From Candidatus Poribacteria bacterium (GTDB lineage: Bacteria; Poribacteria; WGA-4E; WGA-3G): DNA of 64,000 nucleotides. A model generated the notes under the pieces. The model was not told where the DNA came from and made no database searches. It saw nothing but the letters and a program-made list of their open reading frames with translations. Made by a program: the position numbers and the translations under genes. Location of the stretch: contig OZ242029.1 in NCBI GenBank assembly GCA_965205015.1, forward strand, positions 5,184,001 through 5,248,000, in the 5' to 3' direction. Positions 19,398 through 28,840 of this stretch are shown here, piece by piece; position 1 is the first letter of the stretch; the number at the start of each line of letters is the position of its first letter.

Positions 19398-20164
19398 ATA
19401 TTTTCGACGCGATAACACAGCGACGCAGCCATCGTGGGACGTTTCAGAACCGCGCAATTGATGCGGCAGACCTTGAAAAACTTATTGAGGCTGCGCGGTG
19501 GACGCCGTCACCGTTCAATGTTCAACCGTGGGAACTTGTGCTCATCCAGGAAGCAGCGGGCAAGGTTGCCCTCGCCGAGGTAACGGAGCACGCTATCGTT
19601 GAACAATTCAAAGATGCCAAGTTTCTTGATGACAACAGCCGGTGGATGCGTCTTACAGAGGCGGACTTGAAGACGTTCGGTGATGGTGTACTCCTGACGG
19701 ACCACGTGACGCTGCCGAAAGTGCTTCAGGACGCGCCGAATGGGGTATTGGAAGGGATGTTGAAAAACGCGAAGGCGTTCACACTTTTGGGGCATCTGGG
19801 GGCAGGGAAGATACCCGCGAAGGAGATCGCCGCGCAGGTCCGTGAGGCGCCCCTCCTCATGTTGGTTACAATGAATTGCAAGAGATATCCGCCTGGTGAC
19901 GGGGGAACGCGATGGATGTGGTTGAGTATGGGAATGTTAATTCAGAATGTGCTTCTGGCTGCAACTGCTTTAGACATCGGTGTGCAATTTGTCAGTGCGC
20001 CTCTGGAACGCACTGCGGATCGTGAACGGGTTCGTCAACTTTTCAATATTCCGACTTCTCATGAAGTAATTACGCTGCTCAGGATGGGATATATTGAAAA
20101 GAGTCGTGGGAGCTCCGTCCGGTTGCAGCCATCAGCGTTTGTTCACCTTGAAAAGCGAGAGTAG
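19394..20164 (+). CDS. Nitroreductase family protein
   Basis: RRSHR, AARWTPSPFNVQPW, QNVLLAA. Confidence 0.88.
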   Translation: MNIFDAITQRRSHRGTFQNRAIDAADLEKLIEAARWTPSPFNVQPWELVLIQEAAGKVALAEVTEHAIVEQFKDAKFLDDNSRWMRLTEADLKTFGDGVLLTDHVTLPKVLQDAPNGVLEGMLKNAKAFTLLGHLGAGKIPAKEIAAQVREAPLLMLVTMNCKRYPPGDGGTRWMWLSMGMLIQNVLLAATALDIGVQFVSAPLERTADRERVRQLFNIPTSHEVITLLRMGYIEKSRGSSVRLQPSAFVHLEKRE

Positions 20165-20203
20165 GCGGGCAACAGCGACCCGCCGCTATTGAAATGTGGT
20201 ATA

Positions 20204-20323
20204 TTATGTACCGCTGTTCTGTAAAAGTTCTTTCAATGCTGCTTTCTTTTTTTTCAGTCGTCGTTGTTGGCGTTGGCGGATTTGTGTCCTACGTCGGACC
20301 TGTCCGCTTTTACTTCGTGGCAT
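20204..20323 (-). CDS. Small basic protein (39 aa), not in the ORF track
   Basis: MPRSKSGQVRRRTQIRQRQQRRLKKKKAALKELLQNSGT; starts 4 nt after the upstream stop, with an AAGGGGG SD-like sequence. Confidence 0.6.
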   Translation of the reverse strand: MPRSKSGQVRRRTQIRQRQQRRLKKKKAALKELLQNSGT

Positions 20324-20327
20324 GACA

Positions 20328-21581
20328 TTACCCCCTTTCTTCGATTGTTTTGGCGAGATACATGACTGCCGATCGGCACTGTGCTTCTACCTCTGCCATT
20401 GCAAGCGTCAATTCTGCGCCTGAACGTGCGTGTAACTGCAACCGCTCTTCGGTAACCGTAATATAGCGTTCGTTTTCCACATCAACAAATTCAACCTTTT
20501 CTTCACTTTCATTCACCAAAGCGTAATTGGTAAGTCCGCCTTGTAGGGATGCGTCGCCTGTCCCCTCCTCAAAACGCTTCTGTATTGCCAAGCCGTTGAA
20601 GTTTTTATAAAGTGCCCGAGCGGGGAGTTCGTCAGGTGACACGACCGATTCCACTATTGCTGAGGCAAGTGTGCCGGGACGCGTGGCTGGATCTAAAGGT
20701 AATGCAGAAGTCTCCTCAGGAAGCGGTACAGCATTTTCCGGGTCGGGTATTTTGATATGTGCTGGGTCGAAATCGGACGCAACCGATTCTGTTAAGCCGA
20801 CTTCGGCGTCCTCTCCGTTGTGGGGTTCCGGGGTTTGTCCAGTATCTGAAAAGACAGGAATCGCTTGAGACTCATACGCTTCTGAGTCTTCGTATTCCAG
20901 GACGTTAGAAAGAATCTCTTTAACCTCTTCATGCCTATCAATAATCAGATCCGGTTCTTCCACGAGTATCCGTAGGGTTTCAATACCGATACTTTGGATC
21001 AGCGGGTGGAACGTTAGTATGTCCGGCGGCGCTGCCTCAAAGAGCGAACGGGTAACATAAGCGACCTCGGCGAGGTCGCGGTTCCCTATTAGTTTTAGGC
21101 GTTTTTCACATGCCGTGAGTGCTTGTACTAATTGTTGCATGAAATCGGGTGTAACGAGGTGTGGGAGCACTTCAACCCGAAAATGCTCACATGCACGTTC
21201 CGCTTCCGGTAAAGGATTCGGTGCCTCTTCACTCGCGACGTCTTCATCCATTACAATCGTTAGATGCGTGAGGTCTTCTTCAAATTCATCTACGTCTGTT
21301 TCATCTACGTCTGTTTCATCTGCTTGGTAATTATCGAGGACTTCCGTCACGCGTGTATACATCAGTTCAAAGTCGAAAAGAATGCCTTCAAGTTCAGGTT
21401 CATTGAGAAGTTTTCGACTCTGTGAGATACAGGCGTGCAAATGCGCTTCTTCTGACTTTGCGTAGGGGAGTCTACGTTGTTTTTCGAGAGCAAGTTGTTT
21501 TTGCCTAAATTTCCGGTCGCGGTTTCGTTTTTCGCGCTTCCGTGCCACATTTATGGAGCGGCGTCCCTTTTTCTTTGCCAT
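20328..21581 (-). CDS. Hypothetical protein (basic N-terminus, acidic body)
   Basis: 417-aa ORF with its own promoter. Confidence 0.8.
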   Translation of the reverse strand: MAKKKGRRSINVARKREKRNRDRKFRQKQLALEKQRRLPYAKSEEAHLHACISQSRKLLNEPELEGILFDFELMYTRVTEVLDNYQADETDVDETDVDEFEEDLTHLTIVMDEDVASEEAPNPLPEAERACEHFRVEVLPHLVTPDFMQQLVQALTACEKRLKLIGNRDLAEVAYVTRSLFEAAPPDILTFHPLIQSIGIETLRILVEEPDLIIDRHEEVKEILSNVLEYEDSEAYESQAIPVFSDTGQTPEPHNGEDAEVGLTESVASDFDPAHIKIPDPENAVPLPEETSALPLDPATRPGTLASAIVESVVSPDELPARALYKNFNGLAIQKRFEEGTGDASLQGGLTNYALVNESEEKVEFVDVENERYITVTEERLQLHARSGAELTLAMAEVEAQCRSAVMYLAKTIEERG

Positions 21582-21690
21582 GATAATCTTTTTCGTTATT
21601 TTAAGGTAGCTACTGAGTGAACTTTTTCGGGCTTTTTAGATTCCGAACGTAGGTTAACACCAAGTTTAGCGTGCTATGCGTCATTAAACA

Positions 21691-21719
21691 AGTATATACC
21701 ATTACCAATTTATTGTCAA
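21691..21719 (-). promoter_or_regulatory. sigma70-type promoter
   Basis: TTGACA-17-TATACT on the minus strand. Confidence 0.7.
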
Positions 21720-21751
21720 GTTTTAAATTTTTAACGCCTCTCGCTTAAAAC

Positions 21752-21780
21752 TTGACTCAATAGAAGTTTTGTGGTATTAT
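21752..21780 (+). promoter_or_regulatory. sigma70-type promoter for the TonB-dependent receptor
   Basis: TTGACT-17-TATTAT with extended TG. Confidence 0.65.
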
Positions 21781-21957
21781 ATTATATATTGTTAATTAAT
21801 TCCAGATTGCCACTTACCAAATTTTAGGGAAGATGGCAGTTTCGGTTGTTAATTAAGGTTATATTTTTTTAACGTGAAGTGTGGGGTGTCCCATTCTACG
21901 TTTTTGTGTTTATTATATTAAGAGTAGGTTTATAGTAAAACCAAGAGGAGGAATTCT

Positions 21958-24660
21958 ATGTATTGTCGTAAATACATTAAACCTATCGTCTTAGCCCTCA
22001 GCATTTTTGTAGGCGTTTTGATGTGTGCGTTTACGGCGGTTATAGCGGACGAACATGCTGAAGAAGCAGCGGCAGCGGAGGCCACGGACGAGGCTGAAGC
22101 GTCTGAGGAAGCATCTGAGGCGGCGTCTGAAAGTGCGGCTCCTGTGAGGCTTGAGAGTCTTGTTGTTGTGGGTAGCCGTGCGCAGCCACGTTCTGTCTTG
22201 GATTCGGCAGTCCCGATTGATATTGTGTCAAATGAAGCTTTTGAGAAGCAGGGCGGCGCGGATCTACCGGATCTACTGAGAACTTTGGTGCCATCTTATA
22301 ACGTCAATACGCAACCGATTAGCGATGCGTCAACAGTCGTACGTCCGGCGAATTTACGGGGACTTGCCCCAGACCATACGCTGGTACTGGTTAACGGTAA
22401 ACGGCGACACCGTGCCGCAGTGATTCACTGGCTCGGAAACGGTTTGTCTGATGGTTCACAGGGACCTGACCTGGCACCTATTCCCGCAATTGCTCTGCAA
22501 CAGGTAGAGGTCCTCCGTGATGGCGCCTCCGCACAATATGGGTCGGACGCTATTGCGGGTGTGATGAATTTTCGATTGAAAGACAACTACGAAGGCGGTT
22601 CGATTGAATTTAAACCCGGTATCTACCAATACGGCGACGGTCGACAGTTTGCTGTCGCAGGGAATATCGGTTTAGGGAATCCAGACGCCTGGAGTAACCT
22701 CAGTTTTGAATACGGTGGCGCAGATCCGACCATCCGGTCTATCCAACGTAATGATGCCATATCCTTGATTAACGCAGGCAATTTCAGTGTGAAAGACCCG
22801 GCGCAAATTTGGGGACAGCCGATTATAGAGAATGACATCAAACTCTTCGCCAACTACGGTGCCTCCATCACGGATAGCATCGACTTCTATGGACATGCCA
22901 ACTACGCACGTAAGCGGGTTGAAGGTGGGTTCTATTTCCGTAACCCGAATACCCGCGGCGGTGTGTTTAGTACGACGGGTGGCAAGACGTTGCTCGTTGG
23001 GGATATGCGGGGTTTGACAGCTGAGATGACGGCGTGGGAAGCCCGAAAGCAGGCAGCGGAGGCTGCCGGGCAGGAGTTTACCGAACTGTCGCCTCACGAT
23101 GCTGACGATATCCCGATAACCAATCACGTTCCTGATTCCACACGGTTGCAAGCCGTCAAGAATGACCCGAATCTATTCACATTCCAAGAGATGTTCCCAG
23201 GCGGATTCACACCCAGATTTGGTGCATTCATGTGGGATAGTTCCGTCGTCGTTGGCGTTAAAGGCACTGCTCTGGAAGAGGCATTAGGCAAACCCTTAAC
23301 GTGGGATGTGAGTGGTTCTTTTGGACGGAATCATGCTGATTTCTTTATCTTCAACACTGTTAATGCTTCACTCGGACCCGATACACCGACATATTTTGAT
23401 CCGGGTGACTATATCCAGACGGATTATAACCTCAACTTCGATGTAGCGTATCCGTTGCACGATATGGTGTTCCTCGCTTCGGGTTTGGAATATCGGGACG
23501 AAGGCTTTGAAATTATAGAGGGCGAACGCGAGTCGCATCAGATCGGGCCCCTCGCAGCGCAAGGCTTCACGGCTGCCTCCAACGGATTTTCGGGGTTCAG
23601 CCCAGTTGCGGCAGGCACGTGGCACCGTTACAACGTTGCGGCGTATCTGGAAACTGAAATCAGACCGATTGATCCGCTCCTGATCGCGCTGGCTGTGCGC
23701 GGTGAACAATTTGAGATTTTCGGTGGCACCCTGAACTACAAAGCCGCTGTAAACTACAAGGTTACAGAAACGATGCGGTTACGGGGAAGTTATAGTACCG
23801 GGTTCCGCGCACCGACGCCCGGGCAGCAAAATACGTTCAACATTACCACTGAATACGATTTTGCGAAGGGTGATCTCGTGAATAAGGGAACAATTCCTTC
23901 CACCAACCCTGCTGTCGGTGTTGTGACAGGTAAGGAAGATAACTCGCTTGACCCGGAAACATCAAATAACTTCACAGGTGGATTTACCGTTGATATTTTG
24001 GGTGTAAATTTCACGATGGACTTTTTTGATATTCGGCTGAAAAACCGGTTATCGGTGTCCCAACACTTTACATTGACCGATTCGCAGAAGGCGCAGCTCA
24101 TCGCCGCAGGTGTAACCAGTGCGGCGAATCTGGAAACATTCCAGTTCTTTATCAATGACTTCGCTACGACAACCAATGGTATTGACTTTGTCATTACAGC
24201 ACCAATACCCAACGGAAACCTCATCGCCGTGTATAACTTCACGAACACCACAGTTACCGATCACAATCCGGACACGCTGGACGATCATCGAATCAGGGAA
24301 CTGCAAGAGAATTTACCCGCACACCGCGCCAGTTTGACTGCCGTTCAATCCATAACGGATGCCTGGGGAGTCCTCGGGCGCGCCAGTTATTTCAGCGGTT
24401 GGTTCGATTCTGAAGATTACTTACAGAATCCAGATGTGCCAGGCACTGGAGAATACACTGGAAGGGTTATTTTCGACTTGGAAACTACTTACACCGTGGG
24501 CGGCGGATTGGCGCTCACGCTCGGTGGAAGAAATATCCTGAATACCTATCCCGATGAAAATCCGAATGGTGCTGATTCTGTTGGCAACAAATACGGGCAG
24601 TTCAGTCCGTTTGGGTTTGATGGGGCATACTGGTATGCCAAAGTCGGATACAGTTTCTAA
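21958..24660 (+). CDS. TonB-dependent receptor
   Basis: TonB box ESLVVVGSR; plug LVLVNGKRR...VEVLRDGASAQYGSDAIAGV; terminal YSF. Confidence 0.95.
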   Translation: MYCRKYIKPIVLALSIFVGVLMCAFTAVIADEHAEEAAAAEATDEAEASEEASEAASESAAPVRLESLVVVGSRAQPRSVLDSAVPIDIVSNEAFEKQGGADLPDLLRTLVPSYNVNTQPISDASTVVRPANLRGLAPDHTLVLVNGKRRHRAAVIHWLGNGLSDGSQGPDLAPIPAIALQQVEVLRDGASAQYGSDAIAGVMNFRLKDNYEGGSIEFKPGIYQYGDGRQFAVAGNIGLGNPDAWSNLSFEYGGADPTIRSIQRNDAISLINAGNFSVKDPAQIWGQPIIENDIKLFANYGASITDSIDFYGHANYARKRVEGGFYFRNPNTRGGVFSTTGGKTLLVGDMRGLTAEMTAWEARKQAAEAAGQEFTELSPHDADDIPITNHVPDSTRLQAVKNDPNLFTFQEMFPGGFTPRFGAFMWDSSVVVGVKGTALEEALGKPLTWDVSGSFGRNHADFFIFNTVNASLGPDTPTYFDPGDYIQTDYNLNFDVAYPLHDMVFLASGLEYRDEGFEIIEGERESHQIGPLAAQGFTAASNGFSGFSPVAAGTWHRYNVAAYLETEIRPIDPLLIALAVRGEQFEIFGGTLNYKAAVNYKVTETMRLRGSYSTGFRAPTPGQQNTFNITTEYDFAKGDLVNKGTIPSTNPAVGVVTGKEDNSLDPETSNNFTGGFTVDILGVNFTMDFFDIRLKNRLSVSQHFTLTDSQKAQLIAAGVTSAANLETFQFFINDFATTTNGIDFVITAPIPNGNLIAVYNFTNTTVTDHNPDTLDDHRIRELQENLPAHRASLTAVQSITDAWGVLGRASYFSGWFDSEDYLQNPDVPGTGEYTGRVIFDLETTYTVGGGLALTLGGRNILNTYPDENPNGADSVGNKYGQFSPFGFDGAYWYAKVGYSF

Positions 24661-24699
24661 ACCTATCTCCTGAAAAGTACTGAATATGCTTTTCACAAT

Positions 24700-24725
24700 A
24701 GGCGCGGTTTCCTACCGCGCCTTTT
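24700..24725 (+). terminator. Intrinsic terminator / REP-like hairpin
   Basis: aggcgcggt-ttcct-accgcgcct followed by a T run. Confidence 0.6.
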
Positions 24726-24947
24726 CACTATTATATAACCTACAGTTGCCACCTTGGCATGACAGGCACCTATCGCATTTTGATGAAAATCGGCATGCAA
24801 TTAAAAGCCCTGTTATCAGCACTGTCAAAGATGGAAAGACACAGTTCCATCAATTTATTTTTCCGTAATACTTGCAATTATAGGTCTATTGTACGTATAC
24901 GACTCCCGCTCCAGCGGAGCGGTATATCTATAGAGGGGTAAATTGAC

Positions 24948-25784
24948 ATGAGTAATCAGAACCGAGACGCAGAATATACAATGGGCCGCAGCCAAGAGGA
25001 AACGGAACGCTTAATCGAGCAATCACAACTCTATGACGATGTGACACGACGTTTTTTCCTCAGAAGCGGTATCGCCAACGGAATGAAAGTCCTTGATGTT
25101 GGGAGTGGCGCTGGCGATGTGGCACTCACACTCGCCGAATTTGTCGGACCTGAAGGCGCAGTTGTTGGCGTAGATGTCAATCCTGATGTTCTCAAAACAG
25201 CACAAGACCGAGCGGATGCCGCAGGTTTTTCAAACGTTGAATTCATCGCGGGTGATGCCCGAACCCTTGAGCTTCCAAACGATTTTGATGCAGTCGTCGG
25301 TAGACTCGTCCTGCTGTATATGGCAGACCCGGCGGAGGCACTTAAAAAGTTGGTTACCCATCTTCGCCGTGGCGGGATTATCGCCTTTCAGGATACTGAA
25401 CTCGCGCTCTACCAGACAGTGATACATCCGGATACACCTTTGATAAACCAGTTGGTTGAATGGGGGCTCACGGTGTTTGAACGTTCAGGGGCGCATCTCA
25501 ACATGGGGATGGAACTTTACCGGGTCTTCGTTGATGCAGGTTTGCCTGAACCGACTTTACACTTTGAAGCCCCCATGGGCGGTCCTGAGGGCTGGCCCGG
25601 ATTTGAATATCTCGCCAATAGTTTCCGAAGCCTCATTCCGCTCATGGAGGCGTATGGCATCGCCACAGCTGAAGATGTAGATATTGACACACTCGCAGAA
25701 CGAATACAGGCGGAGGTCACTACATCAAAACGCCCGCTTTTGTTGCCACCCCACATCACGGCGTATGCATCTCTACCGGCATAG
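24948..25784 (+). CDS. Class I SAM-dependent methyltransferase
   Basis: VLDVGSGAGD, FDAVVGRLVL. Confidence 0.9.
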   Translation: MSNQNRDAEYTMGRSQEETERLIEQSQLYDDVTRRFFLRSGIANGMKVLDVGSGAGDVALTLAEFVGPEGAVVGVDVNPDVLKTAQDRADAAGFSNVEFIAGDARTLELPNDFDAVVGRLVLLYMADPAEALKKLVTHLRRGGIIAFQDTELALYQTVIHPDTPLINQLVEWGLTVFERSGAHLNMGMELYRVFVDAGLPEPTLHFEAPMGGPEGWPGFEYLANSFRSLIPLMEAYGIATAEDVDIDTLAERIQAEVTTSKRPLLLPPHITAYASLPA

Positions 25785-25796
25785 ATGGTTCCACGC

Positions 25797-26657
25797 ATGG
25801 CGAAAAATAATTCAGAGACTTCACACACACCACATCGCGATGCCACCTATACATTAGGACGCACCTCACACGAAACAACGCGTCTCATGGAACAATCAAG
25901 AATCTATGGGGCGTCGACGCAACGTCTCTGTAGGCGAGCCGGTATAACGGAAGGGATGCGAATCCTTGAGATCGGTAGTGGGGCTGGTGATGTCGCCTTT
26001 ATGCTTGCTGAACTTGTCGGACCCACGGGACATGTCATTGGTGTAGATGTCAATGCCACAATTCTGGACACCGCACGCCAACGAGCAACCGATGCAGGCA
26101 TGCGGAACGTGGAATTTATTGCCGGCGATGCGCGGATGCTGACTTTCGCCGACCAATTTGATGCGATTGTTGGACGGTTTGTGTTGATGTATATGGCGGA
26201 TCCGAGGGAGGCATTCGCGACGCTCATAACCCATTTAAAGCCGGGCGGTATTGCCGCGTTTCAAGAGCCAGAATACACGCTCTATCCTGCGGTTTTACAT
26301 CCCGATACGCCGCTCATGAACCAACTGATTCAATGGATTTTGGAGGTGTTTGAACATTCAGGTGCACATCTTGACATGGGCTTTGGGCTGTATCGTGCTT
26401 TTGTTGATGCAGGTTTGCCGCCACCAATGATGCATCTTGAATCGCCTATCGGTGCCGCCGAAACTTGGGCAGGTTACCGTTATATGGCAACTATCTTTCA
26501 GAGTCTTCTGCCGCTCTTAGAGAAATACGGGCTTGCGACTGCAGAGCAGGTCGATGTGGAGACATTAGCCGCGCGGATCCGAGAAGAGGTTCTCGTATCG
26601 AAACGGCCGTTTTTCTTGCCGTTGCATATAACCGCACATGCGATACTTCCAACCTGA
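25797..26657 (+). CDS. Class I SAM-dependent methyltransferase (paralog of the upstream gene)
   Basis: ILEIGSGAGD, FDAIVGRFVL; colinear with the previous ORF. Confidence 0.9.
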   Translation: MAKNNSETSHTPHRDATYTLGRTSHETTRLMEQSRIYGASTQRLCRRAGITEGMRILEIGSGAGDVAFMLAELVGPTGHVIGVDVNATILDTARQRATDAGMRNVEFIAGDARMLTFADQFDAIVGRFVLMYMADPREAFATLITHLKPGGIAAFQEPEYTLYPAVLHPDTPLMNQLIQWILEVFEHSGAHLDMGFGLYRAFVDAGLPPPMMHLESPIGAAETWAGYRYMATIFQSLLPLLEKYGLATAEQVDVETLAARIREEVLVSKRPFFLPLHITAHAILPT

Positions 26658-26707
26658 AATTAAGGAACAGGTTGCGGGTTAAAGCCTCAAAAAATTGTGA
26701 TTTTGGG

Positions 26708-26736
26708 TTGATATACATATTGGAATGTGATATAAT
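26708..26736 (+). promoter_or_regulatory. sigma70-type promoter of the rpsF operon
   Basis: TTGATA-17-TATAAT. Confidence 0.7.
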
Positions 26737-26835
26737 TGTATTAACTAAAATTAAAGAATGGAATTCCATCTAATCTGTAATCATCCTTTTGATTCAATGG
26801 CGATTCACAGGTATCAGGTGGGGTTTACGTAATTA

Positions 26836-26892
26836 ATCTCTGCTCCCTGTTTTTGTTTCAAAAGCGGTGGAGCCATTAGTCCGAAGAGAGGC
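26836..26892 (+). promoter_or_regulatory. S6:S18 ribosomal leader (autoregulatory RNA) candidate
   Basis: tctct/agaga stem over the RBS, gctcc...ggagc upper stem, unpaired CCG at 26881; directly 5' of rpsF. Confidence 0.65.
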
Positions 26893-26900
26893 ATAAAAAT

Positions 26901-27335
26901 TTGAATCCTTACGAATTGTTGCTGATCATTACGCCCGACCACGATGAAAACGAAGCAGAGGCTCTTACGAATCAAGTAAGGGGCATTATTGAAGGTGGCG
27001 GGACTCTCCTGAAGGTTGATCCTTGGGGAAAAAAACGACTCGCTTATCCCATCCGGAAACGGAATGAAGGCTATTATGTGCTCTACATTTTTGAGTGCGT
27101 CCCGAGTTTCGTTGCCGAGTTAAATCAATCCTTGCATGTTATTGAAGCGATTTTGCGGTATATGATCGTTCAATGCGAGGATGATATTGAGAAGTTGAAA
27201 GCTGAACTCACCCCTGAGGCGGCCAAGGTCGAAGAATCAACGCCGGATACGGAATCAGCGTCGGGTGATAAGGCAGCGGCTGAAAATACAATAGATGATG
27301 ACGCAGCGGCTGAAGATACAACAGCGTCTGCCTGA
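26901..27335 (+). CDS. rpsF: 30S ribosomal protein S6
   Basis: YELLLI, WGKKRLAYPI; acidic tail. Confidence 0.95.
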   Translation: MNPYELLLIITPDHDENEAEALTNQVRGIIEGGGTLLKVDPWGKKRLAYPIRKRNEGYYVLYIFECVPSFVAELNQSLHVIEAILRYMIVQCEDDIEKLKAELTPEAAKVEESTPDTESASGDKAAAENTIDDDAAAEDTTASA

Positions 27336-27420
27336 AAGAAGCGTCATCCAAATTTTAAACCAACTTTTGGCGTGTAGGCTCCCTCAAAAGGTCTGAGCCT
27401 ACGCATAAAAAGGAGCAACC

Positions 27421-27891
27421 ATGGCAAGTTACAACAAGGTTATCCTGATGGGAAATCTCACTCGGGATCCTGAAGTGAAATTCCTGCCGAGTGGAACAGC
27501 CATCGCGAATTTTGGATTGGCTATGAATGAAAGTTACACCGATCAGCAGACGGGTGAACGAAAAGACATTCCCTGTTTTGTTGATATAGAAGCATGGGGT
27601 AGGCAGGCGGAAATAGTGGGTGAATATTTCAGTAAGGGCAGACCGATTCTGATTGAAGGTTCCCTCAGATATGATTCCTGGGAAGCTGAAGATGGCACGA
27701 AGCGGAACCGTCTGAAAGTCCGCCTGCAGCGGTTTCAATTTGTTGGGAGACGTGAGGACAACGAGGCGGGCGGCGGCTACACCGATGCCCAACCCGCAGC
27801 TGCATCAGGACAGGCGGCATCTTATCAGGAGGCACCTGCTCCCACTGTGAGTGACGCGTCTTCCACAACAGAGGACGATATTCCGTTTTAA
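27421..27891 (+). CDS. ssb: Single-stranded DNA-binding protein
   Basis: NKVILMGNLTRDPE; C-terminal DDIPF. Confidence 0.97.
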   Translation: MASYNKVILMGNLTRDPEVKFLPSGTAIANFGLAMNESYTDQQTGERKDIPCFVDIEAWGRQAEIVGEYFSKGRPILIEGSLRYDSWEAEDGTKRNRLKVRLQRFQFVGRREDNEAGGGYTDAQPAAASGQAASYQEAPAPTVSDASSTTEDDIPF

Positions 27892-27900
27892 GTAAGCAAT

Positions 27901-27994
27901 AGCGGTCGGTGATCAGCAGTCGGCAGTCAGTAAGAGAGGTTTGTTAGATGAAAATCTCCCTTCTGATAGCCGAAGGCTGACAGCCGAATGCCGC
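27901..27994. repeat. Heptamer-tandem palindromic element
   Basis: tcagcag tcggcag tcag ... ctgatag ccgaagg ctgacag ccga. Confidence 0.75.
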
Positions 27995-28016
27995 AAAAAA
28001 AAGGAACAGAATTGAT

Positions 28017-28217
28017 ATGGCATTCCGTCGCAGGCAGCGCTATCATAAAATAGAATCTTTCGATTACAAAGATGTTGATATGCTGCGAAAGTTTATTAAT
28101 GAACGTGGCAAGATTGTGAGTCGCCGAGTCACTGGACTATCGGCGAAGCAACAACGTATGGTAACACGGGCAGTCAAGCGTGCCCGTAGTATGGCACTAT
28201 TGCCGTTTACGCGATAG
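28017..28217 (+). CDS. rpsR: 30S ribosomal protein S18 (no Zn ligands)
   Basis: DYKDV...ERGKI...RRVTG...KRAR..ALLPF. Confidence 0.95.
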   Translation: MAFRRRQRYHKIESFDYKDVDMLRKFINERGKIVSRRVTGLSAKQQRMVTRAVKRARSMALLPFTR

Positions 28218-28299
28218 CGGTAGGGATTCAGACACGGACAATGGGTGTCCCTATGAAGGATGGATTTTTTTTCGAAAAATCCAAACTGAAAACTTTTCT

Positions 28300-28391
28300 A
28301 CCGTAGCCCGTAATGAAATGGAGGGCGGATCTCAGGAACGCACGTAAAATATCCAAATTCACGTCGTTTCTCCGCAAGGTATAATTAAAAA
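28300..28391 (+). repeat. Start-codon-abutting leader element, copy 2 (no cassette)
   Basis: accgtagcccgtaatgaaatggagggcggat...tctccgcaaggtataattaaaaa-ATG. Confidence 0.8.
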
Positions 28392-28838
28392 ATGGAAGTC
28401 ATTCTAAAAGAAAGTGTTGAAGGTCTCGGGCTACCGGGCGATGTACTGAAGGTTGCAGATGGCTACGCACGTAACTATCTGCTTCCCATGCAGTTAGCCG
28501 TGCATGCCACGGAACGAAACCGTCGACACTTAGAGCACCAGAAACGGGTCATTGATCATCAAGAGACGAAGAATAAAGAACGGGCACGTGAAATCGCCGG
28601 ACAGATGGCGGGGGTCACATGTACACTGAGCAGACGTGCTGGTGAAAATGATCGTCTCTTCGGGTCAGTTACCTCTATGGATATCGCAGAAAATTTACGA
28701 ACGCAGGGGTTCGATTTGGAACGACGGTTTTTTGAACTCGCAGAGCCGATTCGTGAACTCGGTGTCTTCATGGTACCTATCAAATTGTATACAGACGTTG
28801 TCGTCGAACTCCGCGTTGTCGTTGAGCGTGAAGCGTAA
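28392..28838 (+). CDS. rplI: 50S ribosomal protein L9
   Basis: MEVIL, GYARNYL, LFGSVT. Confidence 0.96.
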   Translation: MEVILKESVEGLGLPGDVLKVADGYARNYLLPMQLAVHATERNRRHLEHQKRVIDHQETKNKERAREIAGQMAGVTCTLSRRAGENDRLFGSVTSMDIAENLRTQGFDLERRFFELAEPIRELGVFMVPIKLYTDVVVELRVVVEREA

Positions 28839-28840
28839 TT

